Source: Mobula hypostoma (lineage: Eukaryota). Taken from it: DNA of 64,000 nucleotides. The notes below the pieces were generated by a model. It ran no database searches. It was given only the letters and a program-made list of their open reading frames with translations, and was not told where the DNA came from. Numbering within the stretch: the first letter of the stretch is position 1; each line of letters begins with the position of its first letter. Position numbers and translations under genes: made by a program. The stretch is from the NCBI RefSeq assembly GCF_963921235.1, contig NC_086118.1, positions 15,378,001 to 15,442,000 of the forward strand, read 5' to 3'. Shown here piece by piece: positions 34,647 to 47,555 of this stretch.

Positions 34647-34866
34647 CAAACAACAGGAATTCTGCAGATGCTGGAAATTCAAGCAACACACATCAAAGTT
34701 GCTGGTGAACGCAGCAGGCCAGGCAGCATCTCTAGGAAGAGGTACAGTTGACATTTCAGGCCGAGACCCTTCGTGTCCTGACGAAGGGTCTCGGCCTGAA
34801 ATGTCGACTGTACCTCTTCCTAGAGATGCTGCCTGGCCTGCTGCGTTCACCAGCAACTTTGATGTG
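34647..34866. mobile_element. Fold-back Penelope-derived element with hammerhead-like motif
   Basis: Near-perfect ~90-bp inverted arms; TSD tgttacctagtttccg at 34631-34646 and 34867-34882. Confidence 0.88.
34775..34810 (+). ncRNA. Minimal type I hammerhead-ribozyme-like motif (Penelope type)
   Basis: GTC-CTGACGA-AGGGTCTCGGCCT-GAAA-TGTC-GAC: core CUGANGA and GAAA, stem II hairpin, GTC/GAC stem I; the copy at 2829-2861 has GAAACGTC. Confidence 0.6.
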
Positions 34867-35002
34867 TGTTACCTAGTTTCCGTCTCCTTTCTGCCTATTC
34901 TTTTCTGTAGTGTTAGTTATTAGCTATTCCTATGCTGCTCAGTTAGCCACTCCCACATGGAAGGAGTTACTATACTGTACAAGTGCAGTTAGCAACACAA
35001 CA

Positions 35003-35017
35003 TGGTGTCAGAAATGG
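35003..35017 (+). other. Primer-binding site of the Gypsy element (probably tRNA-Leu)
   Basis: TGGTGTCAGAAATGG directly after ...CA; complementary to a tRNA 3' end ...UUCUGACACCA. Confidence 0.7.
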
Positions 35018-35083
35018 TTGATCATTGATGAATTGGCGCTATAGACCAAGTGAGAATCCTACCAAGAAAGAATACAATAAGAC

Positions 35084-36596
35084 TGTCCGGTCCATCGACC
35101 CTTGCTCCAGGTTTTCCTATCTACCCTGTTTCTGTCCTTGTTGAGCTAATTGAGGCAGCTGATGCTCGTTGGGGCTGGCTGCATAAATACCTCCAGAGAC
35201 CAGGGCATGGTTGCTGGATTGTTCTTGTCCTTACTCCTTGTATCCCTTCCTTTGCCTTTTGTTTCCTTGCCTGAAGCCTTGCCTTGTCTTACCGGTAACG
35301 CTCGCCTCGCCTCAAGTCTCCAGCCTCCAGCCTCGCCTCGCCTCGTCTCAGGTCTCCAGCCTCGCCTCGCCTCGCTTCAAGTCTCCAGCCTCCAGCCTCG
35401 CCTCACCTCAAGTCTCCAGTCTCGCCTCGCCTCGTCTCCAGCCTCGCCTCAAGTCTCCAGCCTCCAGCCTCGCCTCGCCTCAAGTCTCCAGCCTCGCCTC
35501 GCCTCGTCTCCAGCCTCGCCTCAAGTCTCCAGCCTCCAGCCTCGCCTCAAGCCTCCAGCCTCGCCTCGCCTCAAGTCTCCAGCCTCCAGCCTCGCCTCGC
35601 CTCAAGTCTCCAGCCTCGCCTCGCCTCGCCTCAAGTCTCCAGCCTCCAGCCTCGCCTCAAGTCTCCAGCCTCCAGCCTCGCCTTGCCTCAAGTCTCCAGC
35701 ATTGCCTCAAGTCTCCAGCCTCCAGCCTCGCCTCACCTCAGGTCTCCAGCCTCGCCTCACCTCAGGTCTCCAGCCTCGCCTCGCCTCAGGTCTCCAGCCC
35801 CCTGCCAAGCTTCGCCTCAGGTCTCCAGCCTCGCCTCACCTCAAGGCTCCAGCCTCCAGCCTCGCCTCGCCTCAAGTCTCCAGCCTCATCTCGCCTCAAG
35901 TCTCCAGCCTCGTCTCACCTCAAGTCTCCAGCCTCCAGCCTCGCCTCAAGTCTCCAGCCTCGCCTCGCCTCAGGTCTCCAGCCTTGCCTCGCCTCAGGTC
36001 TCCAGCCCCCAGGCAAGCCTCGCCTCAGGTCTCCAGCCCCCTGCCAAGCCTCGCCTCAGGTCTCCAGCCCCCAGGCAAGCCTCGCCTCAGGTCTCCAGCC
36101 CCCAGGCAAGCCTCGCCTCAGGTCTCCAGCCCCCAGGCAAGCCTCGCCTCAGGTCTCCAGCCCCCAGGCAAGCCTCGCCTCAGGTCTCCAGCCCCCAGGC
36201 AAGCCTCGCCTCAGGTCTCCAGCCCCCTGCCTCTTGCCAAGCCAAGTCTCTAGCCTCGAGTCTCTAGCCTCTTGCCAAGCCAAGCCAAGCCAAGCCAAGT
36301 CTCTAGCCTCTAGCTTCTACCCTGAAGACTTCAGCCTCGTCCTGACTGCCTGCCAAGCCTCATCCTTGCTTAGTTCTGGGGTCCGAGCCAGAGGCAAGAC
36401 CCAGGTACTGGGTCCTTGTCCAGTCTCCGGGTTGGAGTCCAAGCCCGGGCTCCTAGCTCTCTTGTTCAGTCTTGTTCCAGGTTCCTGGTTTTCCTGTCCA
36501 TGTCCTTGCCATTGCCCTGTATCTTAGTCCTGTCCCTAGTACTTCAGTGCCTGTGTCTTGCACTTGGGTCCGCTCACAGCCACCGCTCTTATGACA
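35084..36596 (+). mobile_element. Solo-LTR-like element with internal minisatellite, nested in the Gypsy leader
   Basis: tgtc...tgaca ends; cataaata TATA-like box; 5' part homologous to 61506-61640. Confidence 0.7.
35300..36310. repeat. CCTCG/CCTCAAGTCTCCAG modular minisatellite ending in a regular 31-bp unit
   Basis: Directly visible; unit ccccaggcaagcctcgcctcaggtctccagc from ~36000 to 36230. Confidence 0.95.
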
Positions 36597-39500
36597 CAGG
36601 GAGACAAAAAGTCTGCTGTAGTCCAAAGAAATAAAATACAAAAAGGAAACAGGAAAAAAGGAGCAAATACCTGTAGAACCTACATCTACTTACCTAATAA
36701 AGCCCCCCTAGACATTTGGTTTCTCTAAACCAGGGAAGTTGAGAGATGGCTCAGATGGTTTGAGAGAGTTAAGGCTGCGAGCAATCTCAGTCAGACTTCA
36801 GAAGAGCATTAAGTAAGCACACTGATATATTGCATGGAGGACAAAGCAGAGACATCATGGGTGGATTAGGCCTGATAGATACTCAAGAAAAGGAGTAAAA
36901 AAACATTGCAGGAAAAATTCAAAGAATACTTCACAGGAAAATAATATGTGATATATGAGGGGAAATGGGGTGTAGTCAGAAACACTACAGAAAGAGGAGA
37001 GGGTAGATCTCAGCTCAAACAAAACAGACAAGTGAAAAAAGAACAGGTAAAATGTCCAAATACAGGAGATGCAGCAAGTCTCCATTCCATGTCAAAGAGC
37101 TCTGTCCAGCAAAATAATTGAAATGCTACAAATGCAATAGAGTTAGCCATAATAAAAGCCAGTGTTACTCAAAAACAGTTCTTCAGGAGGTCAAAGACGA
37201 CCATGATTCTGATGAGGAGAGACCTTTCCTTGGGATTGTAGATTCAAATAGGCAAAGCTGGTTCAGTTGCAAAATGAGGCAGTGACATTCAAAATGGACA
37301 CTGGGTTAGATGGCACAGCCATCCCGAAATGTCTGTTCACAAGATTGGTGAAGATAACAGGTATTATCCTAAACCTAACAAAGTGAGTACTCATGGGGCC
37401 AAGGAAACATGAGCTGAGTGTGAAAGGAATGTTTACTCCATCCATCCGTAACAATGAAAAACAGTTGTTCAGAATTTCTTCTCACCACTACTGGGACAAC
37501 ATGCCATTAAGAAGTTGAACGTCATTGCAAGGTTAGACTTGCTAAACAACGTTCAGTAACATGAGAAGTACCTGAAGTTGTTCACAGGTTTGGGGGGTAC
37601 TGAAAGAAGAGCACCTTAGAAGAGGCCAGGAGTGACACCCTACTTTCTGCCTACAGCAAGGCATATAGCAGTCCCATTAATGAACAAAGTCAAAGCTGAA
37701 CTTGAGAGAATGAAGGCATGTGACATAACAAGAGTGAATGAACCTCCTGACTGGTGTGCAGCCATTACTCCTGTTCCCAAGCCAGATGGCACAGTGAGGA
37801 TCTGAGTTGATGGAACAAAATTGACTAATGCAGTGAGGGGGGGGGGGAGAAGTTTATTTTGTTCTGTGTTGAGTACACATGGGCATGCTTTGTGGAGCCA
37901 AGTTCTTCATCAAACTAGATGCAAACTAAGGGTTCTGGCAGATCCATTTAACTCCCAAGTTACGGAAGCTCATAATCTTTATCACACCATATGGACACTG
38001 TGATTTCAAGAGACTTTCTTTTGGCATCTCGTCAGCCCCTGAACTCTTTCAGACGAGGATGAACCAAATTCTAGGGGAGCTGGAAGGAGTAGTGTTCACG
38101 TGGACAATATACTCATCTTTGGAGGCTCAAATGAGGAACATGACAAAGGAATGGAAGCTGCCTTGGAGAAACTGAAACAGGCTGGAATCACCTTGAACAA
38201 AATGAAATGTGAATTTGCAAAGTTGGACGTGAAGTTCTTAGGTTATCAACTGTCCTCAGAGGGAGTGCAATCAGATTCAGACAAACTGGCAGGAGTTTGG
38301 AACAGTGTTATGTCCAAACTGAAAAGGAGATACTGGCTCTGATGTGGGCTTGTGAATGCTTCAGCTGATAGCTAATAGGCACTAAAGTCCTACTTAAAAC
38401 AGACCACAAGCTACTCAGCCTCATTAGCTCTAAATACTTGGATGACTTGCTTCCATTCTGAATCTGGCAAAGATTCAGAATGAGACTTGTGCAATATCAT
38501 TATGACATTGAACAAGTCCCTGGTAAATCTTCAGACACTTTGTTGAGGATGCCACGTAAAATTGAGTGGATGGAAGTTGACTCTAACCTCATGGAAGATA
38601 TCAACTTCTACTTAGCTTAGGTACGTGAAAGCTTTCCTGCATCACAGAGTAAGCTGGATGGAATTCATGCTCAGTTGAAAAGGGACCATATCTGCAGCAA
38701 AGTCATGCAATACTGTGAGCAGAGATAGCTAGCAGTTCTAAAAGGAGCTCACAAAATCAGACCTTATTGGCTTGAAAGAGACACACTCACCATTCTTGAT
38801 AGATTGTTGCTAAAGTACTCTAGATTCATCATTCTTGCTTCTATGCATACCAAAATCATCAGTCAAATCCACCAAGGACATCAAGGCATCAAACATGTTG
38901 CCTCAGAGCAAGGCAATCTGTGTGATGGCCTGCTCTGAGCACAGAGATGAGAGATTTTGTAAAGCAATGCGAAGCTTGCAGGAAACAGTACAAAAATCAT
39001 GCTGAACCCCTCTGTCCCTCAGAATTCCCAGACGTTCCATGGCAAATTTCAGGCAAAGATATTTTCAAGCTGAAAAGAGACAAATATATTCTCTCTGTGG
39101 ATTACTACTCACAGAATATTGAGGGATCCGAGCTGTCCTCTACATTCTCAGCAGCAGTTATGCAGCACCTGAAAGCTGAATTTGCTTGCAACGGACTACC
39201 AGAGACATGTGTGTTTTCAACATTCCACAATTCAGCAGCACAGAATTCAAAGTCTTTGCTAGGGACTATGAGTTCAAACACCAGACAAGCAGTTCATGGG
39301 TATTATGGCAAATGGTGAAGCGGAAAGAGCAGTGCAAACTGTTAACGGTCCCTTATTGAAGACAAAAGACCTATATAAAGCATGGGTAGCTTATCAGCTC
39401 ACACCTCTTGCAAATGGCTACAGTCCATCAGAGCTGTCAATGGCTGGAGACTGAGAACAAGCCTGCCTATTCCTCCTTCCCCTCTCCAACCTCACTTACC

Positions 39501-39915
39501 AGACTTAGACAAAGTGAGATATTTTGAGACAACATAGCATGAGACTATGAAGAGCATTCATGATCTCAGACACAGAGGAAAATCTTTGTCACCACCTAGG
39601 AGTGGTAAAGCAGTCCGGGTTTCAGACCAATTCACCAAAGTAACAGTAGTCTGACAGCATGCACCACGATTGTTTGTGATGAGAACATCACAAGGTGAAA
39701 TCAGGTGGAACAGATATGCACTCAGGCGCCTTCAAAGTCCACAGAAGGCAGAGGAAAAAGAGTAGCCTGATCCTTATGAAAAGGATCATTTACTTGAGGT
39801 GGGCACACCTGTTCAAGAATATCCATCTGCTCCAACACATCCAGGAACCTATACCAGCAGGAGTCATTTATCTGTCCCACCACAGAGATACTCTCTATAG
39901 CCTAATAGCTTAGGG

Positions 39916-40205
39916 CAGTGGTCCCCTACCTCTGGGCCACGAAGAATGCAGCAGTGCAGCATTAGTCGGAACGCACCCAGCACATTTTAAAGACAAAAGC
40001 CGAAATAAACAAGATAATTGATTAGGTGCTGCCCGGCACGTAAATGTCGGCCCAGATAAGAGGCGATGGGCCGACCTTTACGTGTTGGGTGGCACCCAAT
40101 CAATTAGGTTGTTTATTTCAGGTTTTTTCTTAAAAATGTGTTGGGTGCGTTCTGACTACCGCTGCACCACTGCATTCTTCACGGCCTGGAGGTTGGGGAC
40201 CACTG
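39916..40205. mobile_element. hAT (Charlie-like) palindromic MITE
   Basis: cagtggtcccc ... ggggaccactg TIRs, arms complementary nearly to the centre; 8-bp TSD gctta(g/c)gg. Confidence 0.88.
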
Positions 40206-41303
40206 GCTTACGGCAAGTGACTCAAGAGGCAGAATAATCCTCTCACTTTGCTGGAGTGTTCAGGTAGTCTACCCTGACATGCATCAGATTTTGTGTTTTT
40301 TTAAAAAGAGTTCTAATGCTGAAAACATTTCACAAAATGGGATTGTTCTTAATATAATGTTGCAAATTCTTTTTATATTTATGTAGGGACCATAAGTTAT
40401 GTGCTCTGAGTAAAGTGAACTGAATTGCTCAATTTCAGTGAGCATTTTTAATGCAGTTTTATGTACACGAAGTACATACCTAGATTTCCCTTTTTTTCAA
40501 GAAGTGGAGATGTGGTAGTTAATTTGAGGAGATGTATCAGTATTACAGCAGAGTAAAGGGAATTACAGAGGCATGACAGAGGTGTTGACCAAATAGATTG
40601 GAAAAGAACGCTGGCAGGAATGACAAAAGAGCAGCAATGGCTGAAATTTCTGGAAGCAATTCAGAAGGCAAAGGATATACTGTATACATCCCAAACAGAA
40701 AAAAATATTCTAAGGGTAAGATGACACAACCATGGCTAACAACAGAATTCAAGGCCAACATAAAAGCCAAAAGAGGGCATATAATAGAGCAAAGTTTAGC
40801 GGGAAGTTAGAGGACTGGGAAGCTTTTAAAAACCAATAGAAAAGTGGTAAAGAAGGAAAAGATGAAATATGAAAGTAAGCTCGCCAATAATATAAGACAG
40901 GATACCAAAAGTTTTTTTCAGATACATAAAGGGTAAAAGAGAGGTGAGAGTGGAATCAGATCAATGGAAAACGATGCTGGAGAGGTAATAATGGGGGACA
41001 AGGAAATGGCAGATGAACTGAAGAAGTATTTTGCATTAGTCTTCACTGTGGAAGACACAAGGAGGATGGTGAAACTTCCAGAGAGTCAGGGGTCAGAAGG
41101 GTGTAAGGTTCTTTGGAAAGTGAAAGGTCTGAAAATAGATTAATCACCAGCACCAAAGAGTGTACACCCCAGGTTCTGAAAGAGGTGGTTGAAGAGATTG
41201 TGGCGGCATTAGTAATAGCCTTTCAAAAATCACTAGATTCGGAAATGGTTCTAGAAGACTGAGAAATTGCAAAAGTCACTCCAGTCTTCAAGAAGAGAGA
41301 GAG

Positions 41304-41757
41304 GTAGATGGTTTCCTGGATTGGGGAGCATGCCTTATGGGAATAGGTTGAGTGATCTCGGCCTTCTCTCCTTGGAATGATGGAGGATGAGAGGTAACCT
41401 GATAGAGGTGTATAAGATGATGACAGGTATTGATCATGTGGATAGTCAGAGGATTTTTCCCAGGGCTGAAATGGTTGCCACAAGAGGACACAGGTTTAAG
41501 GTGCTGGGGAGTAGGTACAGAGGAGATGTCAGGGGTAAGTTTTTTACTCAGAGAGTGGTGAGTGCGTGGAATGGGCTGCCAGCAATGGTGGTGGAGGTGG
41601 ATACGATAGGGTCTTTTAAGAGACTTTTGGATAGAAACATGGAGCTTAGAAAAATAGAGGGCTATACTAAGCCTAGTAATTTCTAAGGTTGGGACATGTT
41701 TGGCACAACATAATGGGCCGAAGGGCCTGTCTTGTGCTGTAGGTTTTCTATGCTTCT
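41304..41757 (+). mobile_element. CR1 3' fragment (second subfamily) nested in CR1
   Basis: RGNLIEVYKMM...FFTQRVVSAWNGLP; ttctat tail. Confidence 0.85.
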
Positions 41758-42379
41758 AATCATAGGCCAGTTAGCCTGACCTCAGTGGTTGGGAAGATTT
41801 TGGAATCAATTCTTAATGATATGGTTTTGGGGTATTTGGGGGCACATGATAAGATAAGCTGTAGTCAGCATGTTTCCTCAAGGGAAATTCCTGCCTGACA
41901 AATCTGTTGGAATTCTTTGAAGAAACAACAAGCAGTGTAGACAAAGGAAGATTGGTTCATGCTGTGTACTTGGATTTTCAGAAGGCCTTTGACAAGGTGC
42001 CATCCATGAGGCTGCTTAACAAGTTAGGAGCCCATGGGAGTACCGGAAAGATACTAACATAGATAAAGAAGTGGCTGATTGGCAGGAAGCAAAGTGTAGG
42101 AGCATTTTCTGCTTGGCTGCCGGTGACTACTGGTGTTCCACAAGGGTTTGTGTGGGACTGTTACTTTTTACATTATATGTAAATGACTTGAATGATGTAT
42201 TGACGGCTTTGTTGCAGAGTTTACGGATGATACCAAGGTAGGTGGAGGGGCAGGTAGTTTTGAACAAATAGAGAAGATACAGAAGGACATAGATAGATTA
42301 GGAGAATGGGCAAAGGAGTAGCAGATGGAATACAGTATCAGGAAGTGTATGGTGATGTACTTTGGTAGAAGAAATGAAA

Positions 42380-45300
42380 TCATGTAACAATTACAGCCTG
42401 GAAACAGGCCATCTCGGCTTTTCTAGTCCGTGCCGAACTCTTACTCTCACCTAGTCCCACCGACCTGCACTCAGCCCATAACCCTCCATTCCTTTCCTGT
42501 CCATATATCTATCCAATTTAACTTTAAATGACAACAACGAGCCTGCCTCAACCATTTCTGCTGGAAGCTCGTTCCACACAGCTACCACTCTCTGAGTAAA
42601 GAAGTTCCCTCTCATGTCACCCCTAAACTTTTGCCCTTTAACTCTCAACTCATGTCCTCTTGTTTGAATCTTCCCCACTCTCAATGGAAAAAGCCTATCC
42701 ACGTTAACTCTATCAACCCCCTCATAATTTTAAACCTCTATCAAGTCCCCCCTCAACCTTCTACACTCCAAAGAATAAAGACCCAACTTGTTCAACCTTT
42801 CTCTGTAATTTAGGAGATGAAACCCAGGCAACATTCCAGTAAATCTCCTCTGTACTCTCTCAATTTTATTGACATCTTTCCTATAATTTGGTGACCAGAA
42901 CTGTACACAATACTCCAAATTTGGCAATACCAATACCTTATACAATTTCAACATTACATCCCAACTCCTATACTCAATGCTCTGATTAATAAAGGCCAGC
43001 ATACCAAAAGCTTTCTTCGCCACCCTATCCACATATGATTTCACCTTCAGAGAACTATGCACCATTATTCCTAGATCCCTCTGTTCTACTGCGTTCTTCA
43101 ATGCCCTACCATTTACCATGTAAGTCCTATTTTGATTAGTCCTACCAAAATGTGGCACCTCACATTTATCAGCATTAAACTCCATCTGCCATCTTTCAGC
43201 CCACTCTTCTAAGTGGCCTAAATCTCTCTGCAAGCTCTGAAAACCTACTTCACTATCCACAACTCCACCTATCTTAGTATCATTTGTATACTTACTAATC
43301 CAATTTACCACTCCATCATCCAGATCATTAATATATATGACAAACAACATTGGACCCAGTACAGATCCCTGAGGCACACCACTAGACACCATCCTCCAAT
43401 CTGGCACACAGTTGTCCACCACTATTCTCTGGTGTCTCCCATCTAGCCACTGCTGAATCCATTTCACTACTTCAATATTAATACCTAATGATTGAACCTT
43501 CCTAACTAACCTTCCGTGTGGAACCTTGTCAAAGGCCTTACTGAAGTCCATATAGACAACATCAACCATATTACCCTCGTCAACTTTCTTAGTAACCTCA
43601 TCAAAAAATTCAATAAGATTGTCAAACATGACCTTCCACGCACAAATCCATGTTGACTGTTCCTAATCAGACCCTGTCTATCCAGCTAATTATATATGCC
43701 ATCTCTAAGAATACTTTCCATCAATTTTCCCACCACTGACGTTAAACTCACAGGCCAATAATTACTAGGTTTACTCTTAGAACCCTTTTTAAACAATGGA
43801 ACAACAAGAGCAATATGCCAATCCTCCGGCACCATCCCTGTTCCTAATGACATTTGAAATATTTCTGCCAGAGCCCCTGCTATTTCCACACTAACTTTGC
43901 TCAAGGTCCTAGGGAATATCCTGTCTGGGGACCCGGAGACTTATCCATAGTCATAGTCATAGTCATATTTTATTGATCCCGGGGGAATTTGGTTTTTGTT
44001 ACAATTGCACCATAAATAATAAATCGTAATAGAACGATAAATAGTTAAATAGTAATATGTAAATTATGCCAGTAAATTATGAAATAAGTCCAGGACCAGC
44101 CTATTGGCTCAGGGTGTCTGACCCTCCAAGGAAGGAGTTGTAAAGTTTGATGGCCACAGACAGGAATGACTTCCTATGACGCTCTGTGTTGCATCTCGGT
44201 GGAATGAGTCTCTGGCTGAATGTACTCCTGTGCCCACCCAGTACATTATGTAGTGGATGGGAGACATTGACAAGATGGCATGCAATTTAGACAGCATCCT
44301 CTTTTCAGACACCACCATGAGAGAGTCCAGTTCCATCCCCACAATATCACTGGCCTTATGAATGAGTTTGTTGATTCTGTTGGTGTCTGCTACCCTCAGC
44401 CTGCTGCCTCAGCACACAACAGCAAACATAATAGCACTGGCCACCACAGACTCGTAGAACATCCTCAGCATCGTCCGGCAGATGTTAAAGGACCTCAGTC
44501 TCCTCAGGAAATAGAAATGGCTCTGTCCCTTCTTGTAGACAGCCTCAGTGTTCTTTGACCAGTCCAGTTTATTGTCAATTCGTATCCCCAGGTATTTGTA
44601 ATCCTCCACCATGTCTACACTGACCCCCTGGATGGAAACAGGGGTCACCGGTACCTTAGCTCTCCTCAGGTCTACCACCAGCTCCTTAGGCTTTTTCACG
44701 TTAAGCTGCAGATAATTCTGCTCACAACATGTGACAAAGTTTCCTACCGTAGCCCTGTACTCAGCCTCGTCTCCCCTGTTGATGCATCCAACTACGGCAG
44801 AGTCATCCAAAAACTTCCACTTTTATATTCCTTAAAAGCGCCAGTACTTCCTCTTCTTTAATCATCATACTTTCCATAACTATCCTGCTTGTTTCCTTTA
44901 CCCTACACAATTCAATATCCTTCTCCTTAGGGAATACTGAAGAAAAGAAATTGTTCAAAATCTCCCCCATCTCTTTTGGCTCCACACATAGCAGTCCACT
45001 CTGATTCTCGAAGGGACCAATTTTATCCCTGACTATCCTTTTGATATTAATATAGCTGTAGAAACCCTTTGGATTTATTTTCGTCTTACTTGCCAAAGCA
45101 GCCTCATATCATCCTTTAGCTTTTCTAATTTCTTTCTTAAGATTCTTTTTACATTCTTTATATTCCTCCAGCACCTCATTTACTCCAAGTTGCCTGTATT
45201 TATTGTAGATCCCTCTCTTTTTCCTAACCAAGTTTTCAATATCCCTTGAAAACCATGGCTCTCTCAAACTTTTAACCTTTCCTTTCAACCCAACAGGAAC

Positions 45301-47555
45301 ATAAAGATCCTGTACCCTCAAAATTTCACCTTTAAATGACCTTCATTTCTCTATTACATCCTTCCCGTAAAACAAATTGTCCCAATCCACTCCTTCTAAA
45401 TCCTTTTGCATCTCCTCAGAGTTAGCCTTTCTCCAATCAAAAATCTCAACCCTGGTTCCAGTCCTATCCTTCTCCATAATTATACTGAAACTAATGGTAT
45501 TGTGATCACTGGACCCGAAGTGCTCCCCAACACATACCTCCGTCACCTGCCCAATCTCATTCCCTAACAGGAGACCCAACACTGCCCCTTCTCTAGTTGG
45601 TACCTCTATGTATTGCTGCAAAAAACTACCTTGCACACATTTGACAAACTCCAAACCATCCAGCCATTTACACATGGGGCTTCCCAGTCTATGTGTGGAA
45701 AATTAAACTCTCCCACAATCACCACCTTGTGCTTCCTACAAATATCTGCTATCTCCTTACAAATTTGCTCCTCCAATTCTCTCTCCCCATTAGGTGGTCT
45801 ATTGTACACCCCTATAAGCGTCACTACACCTTTCCCATTCCTCAATTTCACCCAAATAGCCTCCCTAGATGAGTCCTCTAATCTATCCTGCCAGAGCACC
45901 ACTGTTATACTTACTCTGACAAGCAATGCAACACCTTCCCCTCTTGCTTCTCTGATTCTATCATACCTGAAGCAAAGAAATCCAGGAATATTTAGTTGCC
46001 AATCACACCCCTCCTGCAACCATGTTTCACTGATAGCTACAACATCATATTTCCAGGTATCAATCCATGCTCTAAGCTCATCTACCTTTCTTACAATGCT
46101 CCTAGTATTAAAATAGATGCATTTAAGAAACTCTCCACCTCTTACTCTCTGTTTATTCCTAATGGAGCAAACAACTTTGTTATCTCTTTCTCCCTTCTCC
46201 CCTACATCTTCGGTCTGAGTGCTCCCGTTCTCTGTCCCCTGCCTATCCTCCCTCACACACTGTCTACTAGCCTTCTCTATTTGTGAACTAACCTCCTCTC
46301 TCCTAGTCTCTGCAATTTGATTCCCACACCCCAACCACTCTAGTTTAAAGTCCTCCTCAGTAGCCTTCGCAAATCTCCCCGCCAGGATATCGGTCCCACT
46401 CAGATTCAATTGCAACCCGTCCTATTTGTACAGGTCACCCCTGTGCCAAAAGAGGTCCCAGTGATCCAAAAACTTGAATCCCTGCCCCCTGCTCCAATCC
46501 CTCAGCCACACATTTATCCTCCACCTCATTCCATTCCTACTCTCACTGTCACGTGGCACAGGCAGTAATCCCGAGATTACTACCTTAGCTGTCCTTCTTC
46601 TTAACTTCCTTCCTAACTCCCTGTATTCTCCTTTCAGGACCTCTTCCCTTTTCCTACCTACGTCATTGGTACCTATATGTACCACGACCTCTGGTTCCTC
46701 ACCCTCCCACTTCAGGATATCTTGGACGCGATCAGAAACATCCTGGACCCAGGCACCAGGGAGGGAAACTACCATCTGGGTCTCCTGACTGCATCCACAG
46801 AATCGCCTATCTGATCCCCTAACTATTCAGTCCCCTATTACTACTGCCCTCCCCTTCCTTTCCCTACCCTTCTGAGCTCCAGGGCCGGACTCTGTGCCAG
46901 GTAAGCTGTCCCCCACCCCCCAACAGTACTCAAACAGGAGTACTTATTGTCAAGGGGCAAAGCCACTGGGGTACTCTCCAATACCTGACCCTTCCCCTTC
47001 CCCTTCCTAACCGTGACCCACTTGTCATCCTCCCGTGGCCTCGGTGTGACCACCTGCCTGTAACTCCTCTCTATCAACTCCTCACTCTCCCTGACCAGAC
47101 GAAGGTCATCGAGTTGCAGCTCCAGTTCCCTAACACGGTCCTTTAGGAGCTGCAGCTCGGCGCACCTGGCACAGATGTGGATGTCTGGGAGGCTGGGAGA
47201 CTCCAGGACCTCTCACATCTGACACCGAGAACAACAAGCTGCCCTCACACTCATACTTCCGACTTTTCCTCAAATAGCAGGAAAAATTGAAAACCAAACT
47301 TTCGTCGCCTCGCCTGTTTCCGCCTAAGCCCGTTGAGCCAAAGCCCTTAGGCCTTCACTGTGCTCCCAGCTCACTCTGCAGTCCGCAAAATGACGCTGCC
47401 CGCTGTATAAGGCTGTGTTCCTTTAAAACTTCCATGCTACACTGCCCGACGTCACACGCCTGCGCAATCCTGCCTCTCTTAACTCCGATGAAAAAACAAA
47501 AAATTCAAAATGGCTTCCGTCGCACTCCAGCTCCGATTCGCAGATTTCCTTCTCT
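42380..47555 (-). mobile_element. Near full-length CR1 LINE (ORF1 zinc finger, zipper and SGNH esterase; ORF2 APE and RT), inactivated
   Basis: HICARCAELQLLKDRVRELE; LPGA...VVVHIGTNDVG; AISETWL; GSSDHN; YMDFSKAFDKVPH; GVPQGSVLGP; CpG-rich 5' UTR at 47250-47555. Confidence 0.93.
43948..44812 (-). mobile_element. Rex1/Babar LINE fragment nested in CR1 ORF2
   Basis: DDSAVVGCI...YKYLGIRIDNKLDW...FLRRLRSF; (atgact)n tail. Confidence 0.88.

Larger units (their letters stand above)
34906..40525 (+). mobile_element. Decayed Ty3/Gypsy LTR retrotransposon
   Basis: Putative 5' LTR tg...ca 34906-35002; PBS tggtgtcagaa; gag STLIYCM; protease FKMDTG; RT PVPKPDGTVRI, KLDAN, FGISSAPELFQ, VDNILIFG; integrase HQGHQGI, VDYYS; PPT aagaagtggaga then tgt at ~40511. 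Confidence 0.88.

Noticed and set aside
35990..36230. Regular 31-bp repeats as a CRISPR-like array
   Set aside because: Head-to-tail tandem units with no unique spacers; eukaryotic context; no cas genes.
35150..36527. Long ORFs (367, 438 and 194 aa) rich in S/P/L/R/Q
   Set aside because: Translation of a stop-free minisatellite, open in all three frames; no domain or splice support.
42730..46775. RT, endonuclease and esterase ORFs as host genes or an active element
   Set aside because: Fragments of one CR1 copy with frameshifts, a degraded catalytic motif (KYTNDTK) and a Rex1 insertion.
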